A stretch of DNA of 64,000 nt from an uncultured Acetobacteraceae bacterium (lineage in GTDB: Bacteria; Pseudomonadota; Alphaproteobacteria; Acetobacterales; Acetobacteraceae): contig CAXTPP010000001.1 of NCBI GenBank assembly GCA_964246185.1, forward strand, positions 28,968 to 92,967, given 5' to 3'. The number at the start of each line of letters is the position of its first letter. Positions within the stretch are counted from its first letter, which is position 1. Made by a program: the position numbers and the translations under genes. Positions 1-10,332 of the stretch are shown in pieces. The notes beneath the pieces are model-generated. The model was not told the origin of the DNA and did no database searches. It saw only the letters and a program-made list of their open reading frames with translations.

Positions 1-1104
1 CGGGATGGTGGCGGCCACGATGATGGCGCTTCGCAGCGTGCCGAGGAAAACCCACTGCACGAGGAAAATCAGCACGATGCCCACCACCATGTTCTCAAGC
101 ACGGTGTGCGTCGTGAGCTTGATGAGGTCCAGCCGGTCATAGATGCGCTCGATGTGCACGCCGGGCGGCAGGATATTGCTGTAATTCAGCTCGTCGATCA
201 GTTTGGCAGCCGCCTTGATGGTAGGCGCGCTCTCCGCACCCCGCCGCATCAGCACGATGCCCTGGACGATGTCGTTGTCGTTGTCCTGGCCGGCGATACC
301 GAGCCGGGGCAGGTTGCCGACCGCCACCGTGGCCAGATCCCGCACCAGCACGGGAGAGCCGTTGTTGGCCGACACCATGGTGTTGCGCACCTCGTCCATG
401 GTCCGGATCAGGCCGACGCCGCGCACCACCGCCGCCTGCGCGCCGAAATTGACTGTCTGGCCACCCACGTTGACATCGGCGTTGTTTAGCGCGGCCAGAA
501 CCTGCGGCACCGTGACGCCGTACTGAAGCAGTTTGGCCTGGTCAATCGTCACATCGAACGTTTTGGTCTTGCCACCCCAGCCGGTGACGTCCACGACGCC
601 CGGCACTGCCTTGAAGCGACGCTCCAGTATCCAGTCTTGGATCGTCTTGAGGTCCATAACGGAGTAGCCTGGCGGCCCTATCACCCGATAGCGCAGGATT
701 TCCCCGATGGGGCTCTCCGGCGAGATTTGCGGCTGGGCTCCGTTGGGCAACGGCGACAGTTGCGAGAGTCGGTTGATAACCCGCTGTTCCGCCTCGTAGT
801 AGTCGAAGTTATAATTAAACTGCACCTTGGTGTCAGACAGCCCGAACAGCGAAGTCGTGCGGATCGCGGTGACGTTCTGGATGCCAGCCATCTGTATCTC
901 AATCGGGATCGTGATGTTGCGTTCGATCTCCTCGGCCGACTGCCCCGTGCTCTGGGTCACGATGTCGATCAGCGGCGGCACCGGGTCAGGATAGGCTTCG
1001 ATGTTCAGGTTGAGGAAGCTGGCAACCCCCACGGCGAACATGCCGAGCATGAGGATCACGACCAGCACGCGCTGCTTGATCGCGAAGGCGACGACGGCGT
1101 TCAT
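1..1104 (-). CDS. CusA/CzcA-family heavy-metal efflux RND permease, N-terminal ~368 aa (3' part lies outside the window)
   Basis: Not in the ORF track because it runs off the edge. Manual minus-strand translation from ATG at 1102-1104 gives MNAVVAFAIKQRVLVVILMLG...NLNIEAYPDPVPPLIDIVTQSTGQSAEEIERNITIPIE..., a typical RND TM1 plus large periplasmic loop. The start lies 4 nt after the adaptor stop. Confidence 0.85.
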   Translation of the reverse strand, partial: MNAVVAFAIKQRVLVVILMLGMFAVGVASFLNLNIEAYPDPVPPLIDIVTQSTGQSAEEIERNITIPIEIQMAGIQNVTAIRTTSLFGLSDTKVQFNYNFDYYEAEQRVINRLSQLSPLPNGAQPQISPESPIGEILRYRVIGPPGYSVMDLKTIQDWILERRFKAVPGVVDVTGWGGKTKTFDVTIDQAKLLQYGVTVPQVLAALNNADVNVGGQTVNFGAQAAVVRGVGLIRTMDEVRNTMVSANNGSPVLVRDLATVAVGNLPRLGIAGQDNDNDIVQGIVLMRRGAESAPTIKAAAKLIDELNYSNILPPGVHIERIYDRLDLIKLTTHTVLENMVVGIVLIFLVQWVFLGTLRSAIIVAATIP

Positions 1105-1108
1105 GGCC

Positions 1109-2428
1109 TCAATCCGGCTGTGCGGCGCGGTCGATGAACAGCGAGCCGCTGGTCACGACCGTGTCGCCCGCCTTGAGGCCGTCCAGCACCTCGACGAGGC
1201 GGCCATCGTTGTGGCCGAGCTTGACCTTGCGGATGGACAGCGTCTTGTCCGGTCCCACCAGCCAGACGTGAGGGTTGTCCGCGTCATAGACCAGCGCCTC
1301 TTCTGGGACCGCTGGCTGCCGGTCGGCCTGCCCGGTGATGATGCGGAAGGTAGCGAACATCTCGGGCTTCAGCGCCCCGTCCGCATTCTCGATCTCGGCA
1401 TGGATCGGCAGCCGGTGGGTGTTCGGGTCGATGCTGGCGGCCACGTAGGTGACCCGGGCGGTGAACACGTGGCTGGGAAAGGCGAGCACGCTCACCTCCA
1501 CCATGTCGCCCAGGTGCACCAGGGGCGCGTCCACCTCCCGCACGTTGGCCACCAGCCAGACGCGCGAGCTGTTGCCGATGGTGAACACCGGAGTGGAGCC
1601 GCCGTTGAGCTGGGTGACGATGTTCTGTCCGATGCCGGCCTGGCGCTGCAGGATGGTGCCGGAGATCGGCGCCTGCAGCAGGGCTTCCGGGCTGAACCGG
1701 GTTGGGTCGAGGGATGTCTCCATGGCGGCCACCTCCCGGTCGCCCTTGCCCAGGATGCGCAGGCGGTTGCGCACGGCGCCCAGCGCCACCTCCGCGTTGT
1801 TCAGGGTGCCATGGGCGGTGGCCAGGTCCGATTGGGTTTGCTGCCAGTCCTTGAGCGAGCCGCCCTGGGCCAGGTACAGCTCGTGCTGCCGCTTCTCCGA
1901 CGATGTGGCGAGCACCAGTCCCGCCTTGGCTGTCCGGTCGCCCGCGATGGCGCTGACCAGGTCGTTGGCCGCCTGGACGAACTCGCTGGCCTGCATGCTG
2001 AGCAACGGGTCCCCGGCGTGGACCACGTCGCCCGCCTTGACGAACAGCTTGGTCACCCGGCCGGTATAGGGCGAGAACACCTGGGTGGACAGGTCGTCGT
2101 CGATGGCGATCTTGCCGTCGGTGACCTGGGAGGCGGAGAACGCCGCGTCCTTGACCTGGGCCGTCTTGAAGCCGGCCCATTGCTGGTCGGTGGGCTTGAA
2201 GCTGTCGGACGATGCCGCCTGCGGCGCGGGCGGCGCTGCCGGCTTCGTGAGCAGGCTGCCGAGCAGCAGGTAGGCGGCGAGCAGAGCCGCGCCGACAGCG
2301 ACGACGGCTACTTGGAGCGCCCGGGGAAGCCGCCGGGCAGGCCTGCGATGGACCTGGGCGTCGTTCTCCTCGCCTAGCTTCGAGCGGTCAGGCGGCGAAG
2401 GCTGTGACAACATGTCCATGAACGGCAC
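1109..2428 (-). CDS. Efflux RND periplasmic adaptor (membrane fusion protein, HlyD/CzcB family)
   Basis: 439-aa ORF with an N-terminal TM anchor (VAVVAVGAALLAAYLLLG), a lipoyl/hairpin region (GRVTKLFVKAGDVVHAGDPLL) and a beta-barrel C-terminus. It sits immediately upstream of the RND permease. The exact start is uncertain. Confidence 0.85.
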   Translation of the reverse strand: MPFMDMLSQPSPPDRSKLGEENDAQVHRRPARRLPRALQVAVVAVGAALLAAYLLLGSLLTKPAAPPAPQAASSDSFKPTDQQWAGFKTAQVKDAAFSASQVTDGKIAIDDDLSTQVFSPYTGRVTKLFVKAGDVVHAGDPLLSMQASEFVQAANDLVSAIAGDRTAKAGLVLATSSEKRQHELYLAQGGSLKDWQQTQSDLATAHGTLNNAEVALGAVRNRLRILGKGDREVAAMETSLDPTRFSPEALLQAPISGTILQRQAGIGQNIVTQLNGGSTPVFTIGNSSRVWLVANVREVDAPLVHLGDMVEVSVLAFPSHVFTARVTYVAASIDPNTHRLPIHAEIENADGALKPEMFATFRIITGQADRQPAVPEEALVYDADNPHVWLVGPDKTLSIRKVKLGHNDGRLVEVLDGLKAGDTVVTSGSLFIDRAAQPD

Positions 2429-2571
2429 CTAAATCCTGCAGCGGCGACCCAATGGTTGCCTTCTGCGTTAATCCCGGACCTTGCCGTCCGGTCAGGCAAC
2501 CGCCCGTCTCATACAATGTCCCAACTTGGACCGCCATGCGGCTGGCCTCGGCCGGGTAGGCCCGCACGCCT

Positions 2572-4254
2572 TCAGAAGTGGGCTATGACGTCCCCCGCTG
2601 CGAGGAAGGTGTGGTTATGGTCCGGTGCAAGACCCCGGGATGGGCTGCCATCGAACGCATTGCGACTGGACGCCCAGTATCCCACTTCGGGCCGCATTTC
2701 CAGTTGCGGCGAGAGCCAATGCTGCCAGCCAACCGTAAACTCGTAGTAGTCCGCCTTGATGCCGGTCCGCTGGCCCTGCGGATCATGATAGTATTCCGGC
2801 CGGAACGAAAAGTTATTGAGCGGGTCCGGTGAGTAGTTGATGTAGGCCAGCGCGCCGATGGCGCTGGCCTGGCAGCGCAGCCTGGCAGGGTTGTCGCACT
2901 GCGCCAAGTTTGGTCCATTGATCGGGATGAACTGCGGCGAGAACGGCGTGCCGCCACCTTGATAGATCGCTACGGCCTGCGCGTTGTTGGCGTTCGGCAC
3001 GTTCCTTTGATATTCATAGTAGCTTTCAAACGACAAATGCCAATGATCGTTGAATTTGTGATAATAGGTCGTGCCATACCAATTCAGGTTGTTGTATCCC
3101 CACTGGGCTCCGTTGATAGCATTGACGCAAGGATAGATATTGTCGTTACCCTCATTGAAGTTATAGCGTATGCAGGCGGTAAATGATGGCTGATTTCCAG
3201 GGTCTTTGGGAAATGTGGCACCTGTATACAGCGCATTAAATGGTATCCCGTTAGGAACGTTGTTGTTGATGTGCCACAGCGGCGTCTCCGTGCCGTCGCT
3301 GATGCCGAGCTGGACAAACAGATTCTTGGTGACCGCCAAGGTGGTCTGGATGCCCGTGTTGGTGTAGTTGTCATAATTGTAAGTAAGCGAGTGGGTGTAC
3401 ATGTAGTTGTTTGGTGCCAACTGCGCCTCGATGTCCGGCAATGAGATGTAGCGGCCGAAGCGGATCATCAGGCCTTGCATCACCTGCGGGACGAAGACTT
3501 CGCCATAGACCATGGGGAAATCGTAGCCGTTGGGATTGTTGTGCTTGAGCAGCTGGTAACTGGCGAGGCCGTAGGACGTGGTGTAGCGGTAGTTCTCGCC
3601 ATAGATGCCGGAAAGCCTGAAACCCCAGTCAACATGGTCCTGCTGAACCGTGTCCGGCGTACGCTCGATATAGACTACGGCCTGGTCGAGCTGGACGGTG
3701 TTCGGGGTGTAGGCATAGCCGATCGGCGCATTGCCTGCCGGTTGCCGCGAGTTGCTGCTGACGTTGGCGCCGACATCCACCCAGCCATAGATCTGGATGT
3801 GGTTGTCGGACAGGAACTTGCCGGTGCCGGTGTTCGCGATGGCGACCATGAGCGGGCTATCGACCGAGTTGGGCCGGTTCACGCCAAGGCTGGTCGTGCC
3901 GCCGTACGGCCATTCCGTGAACGGCATCGGCGGGGTGCTCTCAGGCGTTGCCGGCCAATCGGCCCGACGGCCTGGCGGCGCGTTGGGATCGGTGGGTGCG
4001 GCCGCCTGTCCCCATTCGAGCTTGTAATAATTGAGCAGCCGCACTGCGACGTTGTCGCCGAGGTAGGTGTCCAGGCAGGCGTAGTTTTTGTAGGGATCAG
4101 GGTTGGCCGTGCAATCGGCGGTCGGCGCAGTCTCCGGCGCGACCGGGGTGGGCGCCTTCGCCGCGGATGGCGACTGCGCCGAGGCGGCAGCCGTCCACAT
4201 CAAGGCGCTTGCCGCGATCGCAGTGCCCGAAACCAGTTGCATCAGGCGGCTCAT
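2572..4254 (-). CDS. Large outer-membrane beta-barrel protein (porin-like, family not recognised)
   Basis: ORF 2572..4326. The likely start is MSRLMQLVSGTAIAASALMWTAAASAQS (signal peptide). The protein is N/Y/G-rich with alternating strands and ends ...AAGDVIAHF, a C-terminal aromatic residue typical of OM barrels. Confidence 0.7.
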   Translation of the reverse strand: MSRLMQLVSGTAIAASALMWTAAASAQSPSAAKAPTPVAPETAPTADCTANPDPYKNYACLDTYLGDNVAVRLLNYYKLEWGQAAAPTDPNAPPGRRADWPATPESTPPMPFTEWPYGGTTSLGVNRPNSVDSPLMVAIANTGTGKFLSDNHIQIYGWVDVGANVSSNSRQPAGNAPIGYAYTPNTVQLDQAVVYIERTPDTVQQDHVDWGFRLSGIYGENYRYTTSYGLASYQLLKHNNPNGYDFPMVYGEVFVPQVMQGLMIRFGRYISLPDIEAQLAPNNYMYTHSLTYNYDNYTNTGIQTTLAVTKNLFVQLGISDGTETPLWHINNNVPNGIPFNALYTGATFPKDPGNQPSFTACIRYNFNEGNDNIYPCVNAINGAQWGYNNLNWYGTTYYHKFNDHWHLSFESYYEYQRNVPNANNAQAVAIYQGGGTPFSPQFIPINGPNLAQCDNPARLRCQASAIGALAYINYSPDPLNNFSFRPEYYHDPQGQRTGIKADYYEFTVGWQHWLSPQLEMRPEVGYWASSRNAFDGSPSRGLAPDHNHTFLAAGDVIAHF

Positions 4255-4377
4255 GGTAACACTCCCAAAACAGGCCTGCGCAAGCGACAGGCAATGCTGC
4301 ACAGACCCGCTATCGCGGTGCAGCATCTAAAATCGATGTGTTTTCCTGACGTGTCCGTGCCCGGAAGGTGCTGCCTT

Positions 4378-4451
4378 CGGCATTGATGCTTCATTACAAC
4401 ACCGAACTGACGGCACGGCGGTGGGGTGTCTTGCTGCTCCGCTAAGGGCTA
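4378..4451. repeat. Copy 1 of a ~75-bp direct repeat (IS5-like terminus)
   Basis: cggcattgatgcttcattacaacaccgaactgacggcacggcggtggggtgtcttgctgctccgctaagggcta matches 11528..11602 at about 9 of 10 positions by eye, in the same orientation. Confidence 0.85.
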
Positions 4452-5089
4452 GGGGCAAAACCGTTTGATTTGTTGCAGGCAGATGACGGCGCAGGCGAGT
4501 GTTGTGAGGGCGAGGTGGAGATCGGCGCGGCGCTCGCTGCGGATGCTGAGGCGCCGGAAGCGGGCGAGCCGGGCGAAGCTGCACTCCACCACCCAGCTGT
4601 TCCGTCCAAGGTGGGCGCTGCTCCATGCCACGTCGCGCGATGCGGGCCTGATCCCACGGACCCGGCACTTCCGGCGGCAGCGTCGGTGATCGTATCCCTT
4701 GTCGGCGTGCAGCTTGTCCGGGCGCTTGCGTGGCCGCCCGCGGTGCCTGGCCCGCACGCCCGGCACGGCGTCCAGCGTGGCTGTCAGCATCATGCTGTCG
4801 TGGCGGTTGGCGCCGCTCAGCGTGACGCCGAGCGGCGTGCCGCGGGCGTCGGTGAGGAGGTGACGCTTGGTGCCCGGCCGGCCGCGATCCGTTGGGTTCG
4901 GGCCGACCTCGGCACCCGCTTTTTTGCCGCCAGGCTGGCGCTGTCGAGGACCGCCCGGCTCCAGTTCAGCGACCCTGCGTCGTTCAGCCGCTCCAGCAGC
5001 ACCCGATGCAGCCGGACCCAGACCCCAGCCGTACCAAAAAACTCTGCCGCATACGCCGAGAGATTTATGACTGTCTTTGGTTGGATCTC
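4449..5089 (-). pseudogene. IS5-family transposase, truncated and frameshifted
   Basis: Two frames join at the A6G run (plus-strand T6 at 4920-4925): ...LNWSRAVLDSASLAAKK / GGAEVGPNPTDRG.... A second local frame excursion replaces the expected RIARRGxE with ASRDVAW near 4600-4640. The frame opens only after a TGA at 5090-5092. Confidence 0.7.
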
Positions 5090-5129
5090 TCAAAATTGGC
5101 CCTTTCAGGCCGAGGTGACATCTTGACCT

Positions 5130-6512
5130 TCAAAAATGGATTGCTCGCCCGTAAGCGTCTAATACGGCCTCGTGCATTGTCTCGCTGACTGTCGGGTGCG
5201 GGAAAACGGTGCGCATCAAATCCGTCTCCGTCGTCTCCAAAGTGCGGGCAATGGCGTAGCCCTGGATCATTTCTGTCACTTCCGCGCCACACATGTGTGC
5301 GCCCAGCAACTCGCCAGTGCCAGAGTCGAACACCACCTTCACCATGCCCTCTGGTTCGCCCATCGCCAAAGCCTTGCCGTTGCCCACGAAGGGGAAGCGA
5401 CCGACGCGGACCTCGTGCCCGATCTCCTTAGCTCGCGCCTCGGTCAGCCCGATTGAGGCCACTTGCGGCCGGCAGTAGGTGCAGCCGGGAATGTTGGTCC
5501 AGTCGATCGGGTGCACATCATTCAGCTTGGCAATCTTCTCCACGCAAATAACGCCCTCGTGGCTCGCCTTGTGCGCCAGCCATGGCGCGCCCGCGATGTC
5601 GCCGATCGCATAGACGCCGGGTTCGCCGGTGCGGCAATACTCGTCGATCACCACATGCGTCCGCTCGACGACGACCTTGGTGCCTTCGAGCCCGAGATCC
5701 TCCACGTTGCCGACGATGCCAGCGGCCGAGATGACGCGCTCTACGGTGATCTCCTGCACCTTGCCGCTGGATTCTACGGTGGCCGTGACATTGTCGGCGC
5801 CCTTCTGCACTGCCGTGACCTTGGCGCCGGTGATGATCTTGATGCCTTGTTTCTCGAACGCTTTGCGGGCAAAGGCGCTGATCTCGGCGTCCTCCACCGG
5901 CAGCACGCGGTCGAGAACCTCCACCACCGTCACCTCAGCGCCCATGTTCCGGTAAAACGAGGCGAACTCTATCCCGATCGCGCCCGAGCCGATCACCAGC
6001 AGTGATTGGGGCATCATCGGCGGCACCATCGCTTCGCGGTAGGTCCAAATCAGCTTGCCGTCCGCCTCGATGCCGGGCAACTGGCGCGCGCGTGCGCCGG
6101 TGGCCAGGATGATGTGCGGCGCGGCGAGCACCCGCTCGCCGACCGTCACGGTGTTCTTGCCCGCAAGCCTGCCGATGCCGTCGATGACGGTGACCTTGTT
6201 CTTCTTCAAAAGGTGGCCCACGCCGGACGCCAGTTGCTTGGATATCTTACGCGACCGCTTGACCACGGCCGGCAAGTCAAAACGGATGTTGTCCGCGGCG
6301 AAACCGTATTCCGGCAGGTTGTGCAGCAGATGGTTGATCTCAGCCGAGCGCAGCAACGCCTTGGTGGGAATGCAGCCCCAGTTGAGGCAGATGCCGCCCA
6401 AGTGCTCGCGCTCGACCACGGCCGCCTTCATGCCGAGTTGGGCCGCACGGATGGCGGCCACATAGCCACCGGGGCCGCCGCCGATGATGATGATGTCGAA
6501 TTGGTCAGCCAT
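5130..6512 (-). CDS. lpdA: Dihydrolipoyl dehydrogenase (E3), PDH-operon copy
   Basis: 460 aa: MADQFDIIIIGGGPGGYVAAIRAAQLG...GGICLNWGCIPTKALL (redox-active CxxxxC). It is the last gene of the pdh cluster. Confidence 0.93.
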   Translation of the reverse strand: MADQFDIIIIGGGPGGYVAAIRAAQLGMKAAVVEREHLGGICLNWGCIPTKALLRSAEINHLLHNLPEYGFAADNIRFDLPAVVKRSRKISKQLASGVGHLLKKNKVTVIDGIGRLAGKNTVTVGERVLAAPHIILATGARARQLPGIEADGKLIWTYREAMVPPMMPQSLLVIGSGAIGIEFASFYRNMGAEVTVVEVLDRVLPVEDAEISAFARKAFEKQGIKIITGAKVTAVQKGADNVTATVESSGKVQEITVERVISAAGIVGNVEDLGLEGTKVVVERTHVVIDEYCRTGEPGVYAIGDIAGAPWLAHKASHEGVICVEKIAKLNDVHPIDWTNIPGCTYCRPQVASIGLTEARAKEIGHEVRVGRFPFVGNGKALAMGEPEGMVKVVFDSGTGELLGAHMCGAEVTEMIQGYAIARTLETTETDLMRTVFPHPTVSETMHEAVLDAYGRAIHF

Positions 6513-6613
6513 GGGTCACTCCATATGACCGCCCTTGCTCAACCTTTTTGAAAAGGGAAGGCGGTTTCCTGCTTGCTCTTGCTCGGAGAGCAATCTGGGC
6601 AAGAGCCGCCAGG

Positions 6614-7960
6614 TTACAGCATCAAGCTCAGCGGGTCCTGCATGATGGCTTTGAACGCGGCCATCCACTCCGCCGCCACTGCCCCGTCGATCACCCGGTG
6701 ATCCACGCTGAGCGTGCCTGTCATCATCATGGCGGGGACCACCGCGCCCTCCCGCACCACGGGGCGCAGCTCCCCGGCGCCGACGGCCAGGATGCCCCCC
6801 TGCGGCGGGTTGATTATGGCGGAGAACGACTTCACCCCATACATGCCGAGGTTGGAAATCGAGAAGCCGCCGCCCTGGAACTCTTCGGGCTTGAGCTTGC
6901 TGGCGCGCGCCCGAATCGCCAAGTCTTTCATCTCGTTGCTTATCGCAGCCAGGCCCTTCTGGTCCGCCCGGCGAATGATGGGCGTGATCAGCCCACCTTC
7001 CGTCGCCACGGCCACGCTGACATCCACGTCGGCATACATCGCGATGCCGTCTTCCGTCCAACTCGCGTTGGCCGCCGGAACCTGGCGCAGCGCCACCGCC
7101 ACCGCCTTGATCACCAGGTCATTCACCGAGAGCTTGAACGATGCCGGGCCATCCTTAGCGGAGCGGGCGTTCAGGTCTCCCCGCAGCTTCATCAGCGCGT
7201 CGATCTCGATGTCTGCGGCGACATAAAAATGCGGCACGGTCTGCTTGGCTTCCGTCAGCCGACGGGCGATCACCCGGCGCATGGTCGTATGCGGCACAAG
7301 GGTGTGCTTGCCCGCAATCGGGGCGGGGCGCGCCACGGGGGCCGGCACCGGAGCAGCCGCTGCCGCAGGCGCGACTAGCGGCGGTGCCAAGCCCGGTACT
7401 AGGGGAGGAGCAGTGGGCGGTGCGGGAGGCTTGGCGGAGCGCGCCGACTCCACATCCACCTTGATGATGCGCCCATTCGGCCCCGAGCCACGGATGCCCT
7501 CTAGGGTCAGGCCGGCTTGCTGCGCCATGCGCCGGGCAAGCGGGGAGGCGAACAGGCGCATCCCATGGTCGTGCCCATTCGGCAGCGGCGCAAGCGTTGC
7601 CGTTGCGGGCGGCTGAGAGGCGAACGGCCCCGGCGGCGGCGCACCCGACGCGGATGAGTCGGCTACCGGCGAATTCGCCATGGCGCCTCGTGGGTCGGCG
7701 CTGGCCGGCACACTTTCCCCTGCCTCCACCAGGATCGCGATCGGGGCATTCACCGGCACGCCTGCCGTGCCGTCAGCGACCAGGATGCGGCCCAGCACGC
7801 CCTCGTCCACCGCTTCGACCTCCATGGTGGCCTTGTCGGTTTCGATCTCGGCCAGCACGTCCCCGGCAGTGACGTTGTCACCCTCTTTCTTGAGCCAGCG
7901 CGCCAGCGTGCCTTCCGTCATGGTGGGCGACAGCGCGGGCATCAGGATATTCGTCGCCAT
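6614..7960 (-). CDS. pdhC: Dihydrolipoamide acetyltransferase (PDH E2)
   Basis: The start was re-picked at [17 protein letters not shown] (lipoyl domain [13 protein letters not shown]). It has an Ala/Pro linker, a subunit-binding domain and a catalytic C-terminus (...[10 protein letters not shown]...). The ATG overlaps the pdhB stop by 1 nt (TGATG). Confidence 0.93.
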   Translation of the reverse strand: MATNILMPALSPTMTEGTLARWLKKEGDNVTAGDVLAEIETDKATMEVEAVDEGVLGRILVADGTAGVPVNAPIAILVEAGESVPASADPRGAMANSPVADSSASGAPPPGPFASQPPATATLAPLPNGHDHGMRLFASPLARRMAQQAGLTLEGIRGSGPNGRIIKVDVESARSAKPPAPPTAPPLVPGLAPPLVAPAAAAAPVPAPVARPAPIAGKHTLVPHTTMRRVIARRLTEAKQTVPHFYVAADIEIDALMKLRGDLNARSAKDGPASFKLSVNDLVIKAVAVALRQVPAANASWTEDGIAMYADVDVSVAVATEGGLITPIIRRADQKGLAAISNEMKDLAIRARASKLKPEEFQGGGFSISNLGMYGVKSFSAIINPPQGGILAVGAGELRPVVREGAVVPAMMMTGTLSVDHRVIDGAVAAEWMAAFKAIMQDPLSLML

Positions 7961-9306
7961 CAGACGATCTTCCGCACGGCATCCACCACCCATTGCGGCT
8001 GCGGCAAAGCGAGCTTCTCCAGGTTGGCCGCATAGGGCAGCGGCACGTCCAACCCAGCCACCCGCACGGGCGGCGCGTCCAGCCAGTCAAAACAGTTCTC
8101 GGTGACCTGCATCGCGATCTCGGCGCCGATGCCTGCGAAAGCCCAGCCCTCCTCCACGCACACGACATGGTTGGTTTTCTTCACGCTTGCCACGATCGTC
8201 GCGGTGTCCAGCGGGCGCAGCGAGCGCAGGTTGATCACCTCCGCCTCAATGCCTTGCTCGGCCAACATCTCCGCCGCCTTCACCGCCACGCCGACCATGA
8301 CGGAAAACGCGACGATGGTGACGTGCTGGCCCGGCCGCTCCACCTTTGCGCGGCCGATCGGCAGGGTGAAGTCCTCATCGGTTGGGCACTCGAAAGTCTG
8401 GCCGTAGAGGATCTCGTTCTCCAGAAACACCACCGGGTTCGGGTCCCGGATGGCGGTGCGCAGCAGCCCCTTGGCGTCCGCAGCGGACCAGGGGGCCACG
8501 ACCTTGAGCCCTGGCACATGCGCATACCAGCTGGCGTAGCATTGGCTATGCTGCGCAGCGACGCGGCTGGCGGCCCCGTTCGGCCCGCGGAACACGATCG
8601 GGCAACCCATCTGCCCGCCTGACATGTATAGCGTCTTGGCGGCCGAGTTGATGATCTGGTCGATCGCCTGCATGGCGAAGTTGAAGGTCATGAACTCCAC
8701 GATCGGATGCAGCCCGGCCATCGCAGCGCCCACCGCCATGCCGGTGAAACCGTGCTCGGTGATCGGCGTGTCGATGATGCGGCGCGGGCCGAACTCGTCC
8801 AGCAAGCCCTGGCTGATCTTGTAAGCGCCTTGATATTGCGCGACTTCCTCGCCCATCAAAAACACCGCCGGGTCCCGGCGCAGCTCCAGCGCCATGGCAT
8901 CCCGCAGCGCATCGCGCACTGTGGTGGGTGCGGTCGGCCCCCAATCCTTCTCAAGCGCGGCAACGGCCATCGCGGGTATGGCGTGAGAGGCAACCTGCTC
9001 CGGCCGCTTCGGCTCCAGTTTCTGCGGCGCTTCCTTTGTGGGCTTCTCCACCGCGGCCTCGCCGCCCTCGCCGCCCAGTTCGGCGATCGGCGTGTTGACC
9101 GCCACGCCTTCCGTGCCTTCCTCGACCAAGATGCGGGCCAGCGTGCCTTCGTCCACGGCCTCCACCTCCATGGTGGCCTTGTCTGTCTCGATCTCGGCAA
9201 TCACGTCTCCGGCGCGCACATCCTCGCCGACCTTCTTGAGCCAGCGGGCCAGCTTGCCCTCCGTCATGGTTGGGGACAGCGCCGGCATCAGCACCTGGGT
9301 GGACAT
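7960..9306 (-). CDS. pdhB: Pyruvate dehydrogenase E1 beta subunit with N-terminal lipoyl domain
   Basis: 448 aa. [25 protein letters not shown]...[17 protein letters not shown] is fused to the transketolase-like E1-beta body. This is the usual alphaproteobacterial architecture. Confidence 0.93.
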   Translation of the reverse strand: MSTQVLMPALSPTMTEGKLARWLKKVGEDVRAGDVIAEIETDKATMEVEAVDEGTLARILVEEGTEGVAVNTPIAELGGEGGEAAVEKPTKEAPQKLEPKRPEQVASHAIPAMAVAALEKDWGPTAPTTVRDALRDAMALELRRDPAVFLMGEEVAQYQGAYKISQGLLDEFGPRRIIDTPITEHGFTGMAVGAAMAGLHPIVEFMTFNFAMQAIDQIINSAAKTLYMSGGQMGCPIVFRGPNGAASRVAAQHSQCYASWYAHVPGLKVVAPWSAADAKGLLRTAIRDPNPVVFLENEILYGQTFECPTDEDFTLPIGRAKVERPGQHVTIVAFSVMVGVAVKAAEMLAEQGIEAEVINLRSLRPLDTATIVASVKKTNHVVCVEEGWAFAGIGAEIAMQVTENCFDWLDAPPVRVAGLDVPLPYAANLEKLALPQPQWVVDAVRKIV

Positions 9307-9312
9307 TCGGGC

Positions 9313-10332
9313 TCAGGCCTCCAACAACACGTCGGTCCACAATTCGCTTTCGGCGGGCTCCGGGCTGACCTGGGCGAACTCTGCCGCCTCCGCAATCCGT
9401 GCCTTGATCGCGGTGTCGACCTGCTTCAGCGCGTCCTCGTCCATGCCGAGTTCCAGCAGCTGGTGCCGGGCGTGTTCAATGCAGTCGCGCTCACCGCGCA
9501 TCTTCTGGATTTCCTCCCGTGTGCGGTACTTGCCGGGATCGGACATCGAGTGACCACGATAACGGTAAGTCTTCATCTCCAGCAGGAACGGCCCGTTGCC
9601 GGCACGGCAATGCGCCACCGCCATTTCGGCCGCCTGCCGCACCGCCTGCACGTCCATGCCGTCCACGGCAGCGCTGGCCATGCTCCAGGGCGAGCCATTG
9701 TGCGACAAGTCTCGCGAAGCCGTAGCCCGTTCGACGCTGGTGCCCATGCCATACATGTTGTTCTCGATGACATAGATGCACGGCAGCTTCATCAAAGCGG
9801 CCAGGTTAAAGCTTTCGAACACCTGGCCCTGGTTGGCAGCGCCGTCGCCGAAATACGTCACGCATACCGCGTCGTTCTCGCGATACCAGTTAGCGAAGGC
9901 CAAGCCGGTGCCCAAGCTTACCTGCGCTCCCACGATGCCGTGCCCGCCAAAGAAGTTCTTCTCACGGCTGAACATGTGCATGGAGCCGCCCTTGCCTTTG
10001 GAGTAGCCCCCCGAACGCCCTGTCAGTTCCGCCATCACGCCGCGCGGCTCCATGCCGGTTGCCAGCATGTGGCCGTGGTCGCGGTAGGAGGTGATAACCT
10101 CGTCACCCTCCTTGAGCGCGCCCTGCATGCCGACAACGACAGCTTCCTGCCCTATGTACAAGTGGCAGAAGCCGCCAATCAGCCCCATGCCGTAGAGCTG
10201 CCCCGCTTTCTCCTCAAAACGGCGGATCAGCAGCATGTCGCCGTATGCGCGAAGCAAGTCGTTTTGCGGCATAAAGGTATTGAGGCGAGCAGCCTGGTCG
10301 CCGTGCGTAACGTCTTGGGCAGCTTGCGCCAT
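9313..10332 (-). CDS. pdhA: Pyruvate dehydrogenase E1 alpha subunit
   Basis: 339 aa with a TPP-binding region (GDGAANQGQVFESFNLAALMKLP) and YRYRGHSMSDP. Confidence 0.93.
   Translation of the reverse strand: MAQAAQDVTHGDQAARLNTFMPQNDLLRAYGDMLLIRRFEEKAGQLYGMGLIGGFCHLYIGQEAVVVGMQGALKEGDEVITSYRDHGHMLATGMEPRGVMAELTGRSGGYSKGKGGSMHMFSREKNFFGGHGIVGAQVSLGTGLAFANWYRENDAVCVTYFGDGAANQGQVFESFNLAALMKLPCIYVIENNMYGMGTSVERATASRDLSHNGSPWSMASAAVDGMDVQAVRQAAEMAVAHCRAGNGPFLLEMKTYRYRGHSMSDPGKYRTREEIQKMRGERDCIEHARHQLLELGMDEDALKQVDTAIKARIAEAAEFAQVSPEPAESELWTDVLLEA

Larger units (their letters stand above)
4378..5090 (-). mobile_element. IS5-family element relic, 5'-truncated (right terminus and most of the transposase retained)
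   Basis: The transposase C-terminus reads GRPGTKRHLLTDARGTPLGVTLSGANRHDS...KLHADKGYDHRRCRR...ERRADLHLALTTLACAVICL, followed by a ~70-bp terminus. The N-terminal ~60-70 codons and the left end are missing. Confidence 0.75.

Noticed and set aside
6513-6613. Possible small gene or RNA between pdhC and lpdA
   Set aside because: The 100-nt spacer has no ORF with an RBS and no obvious structure. It is most simply an intra-operon spacer or internal promoter.
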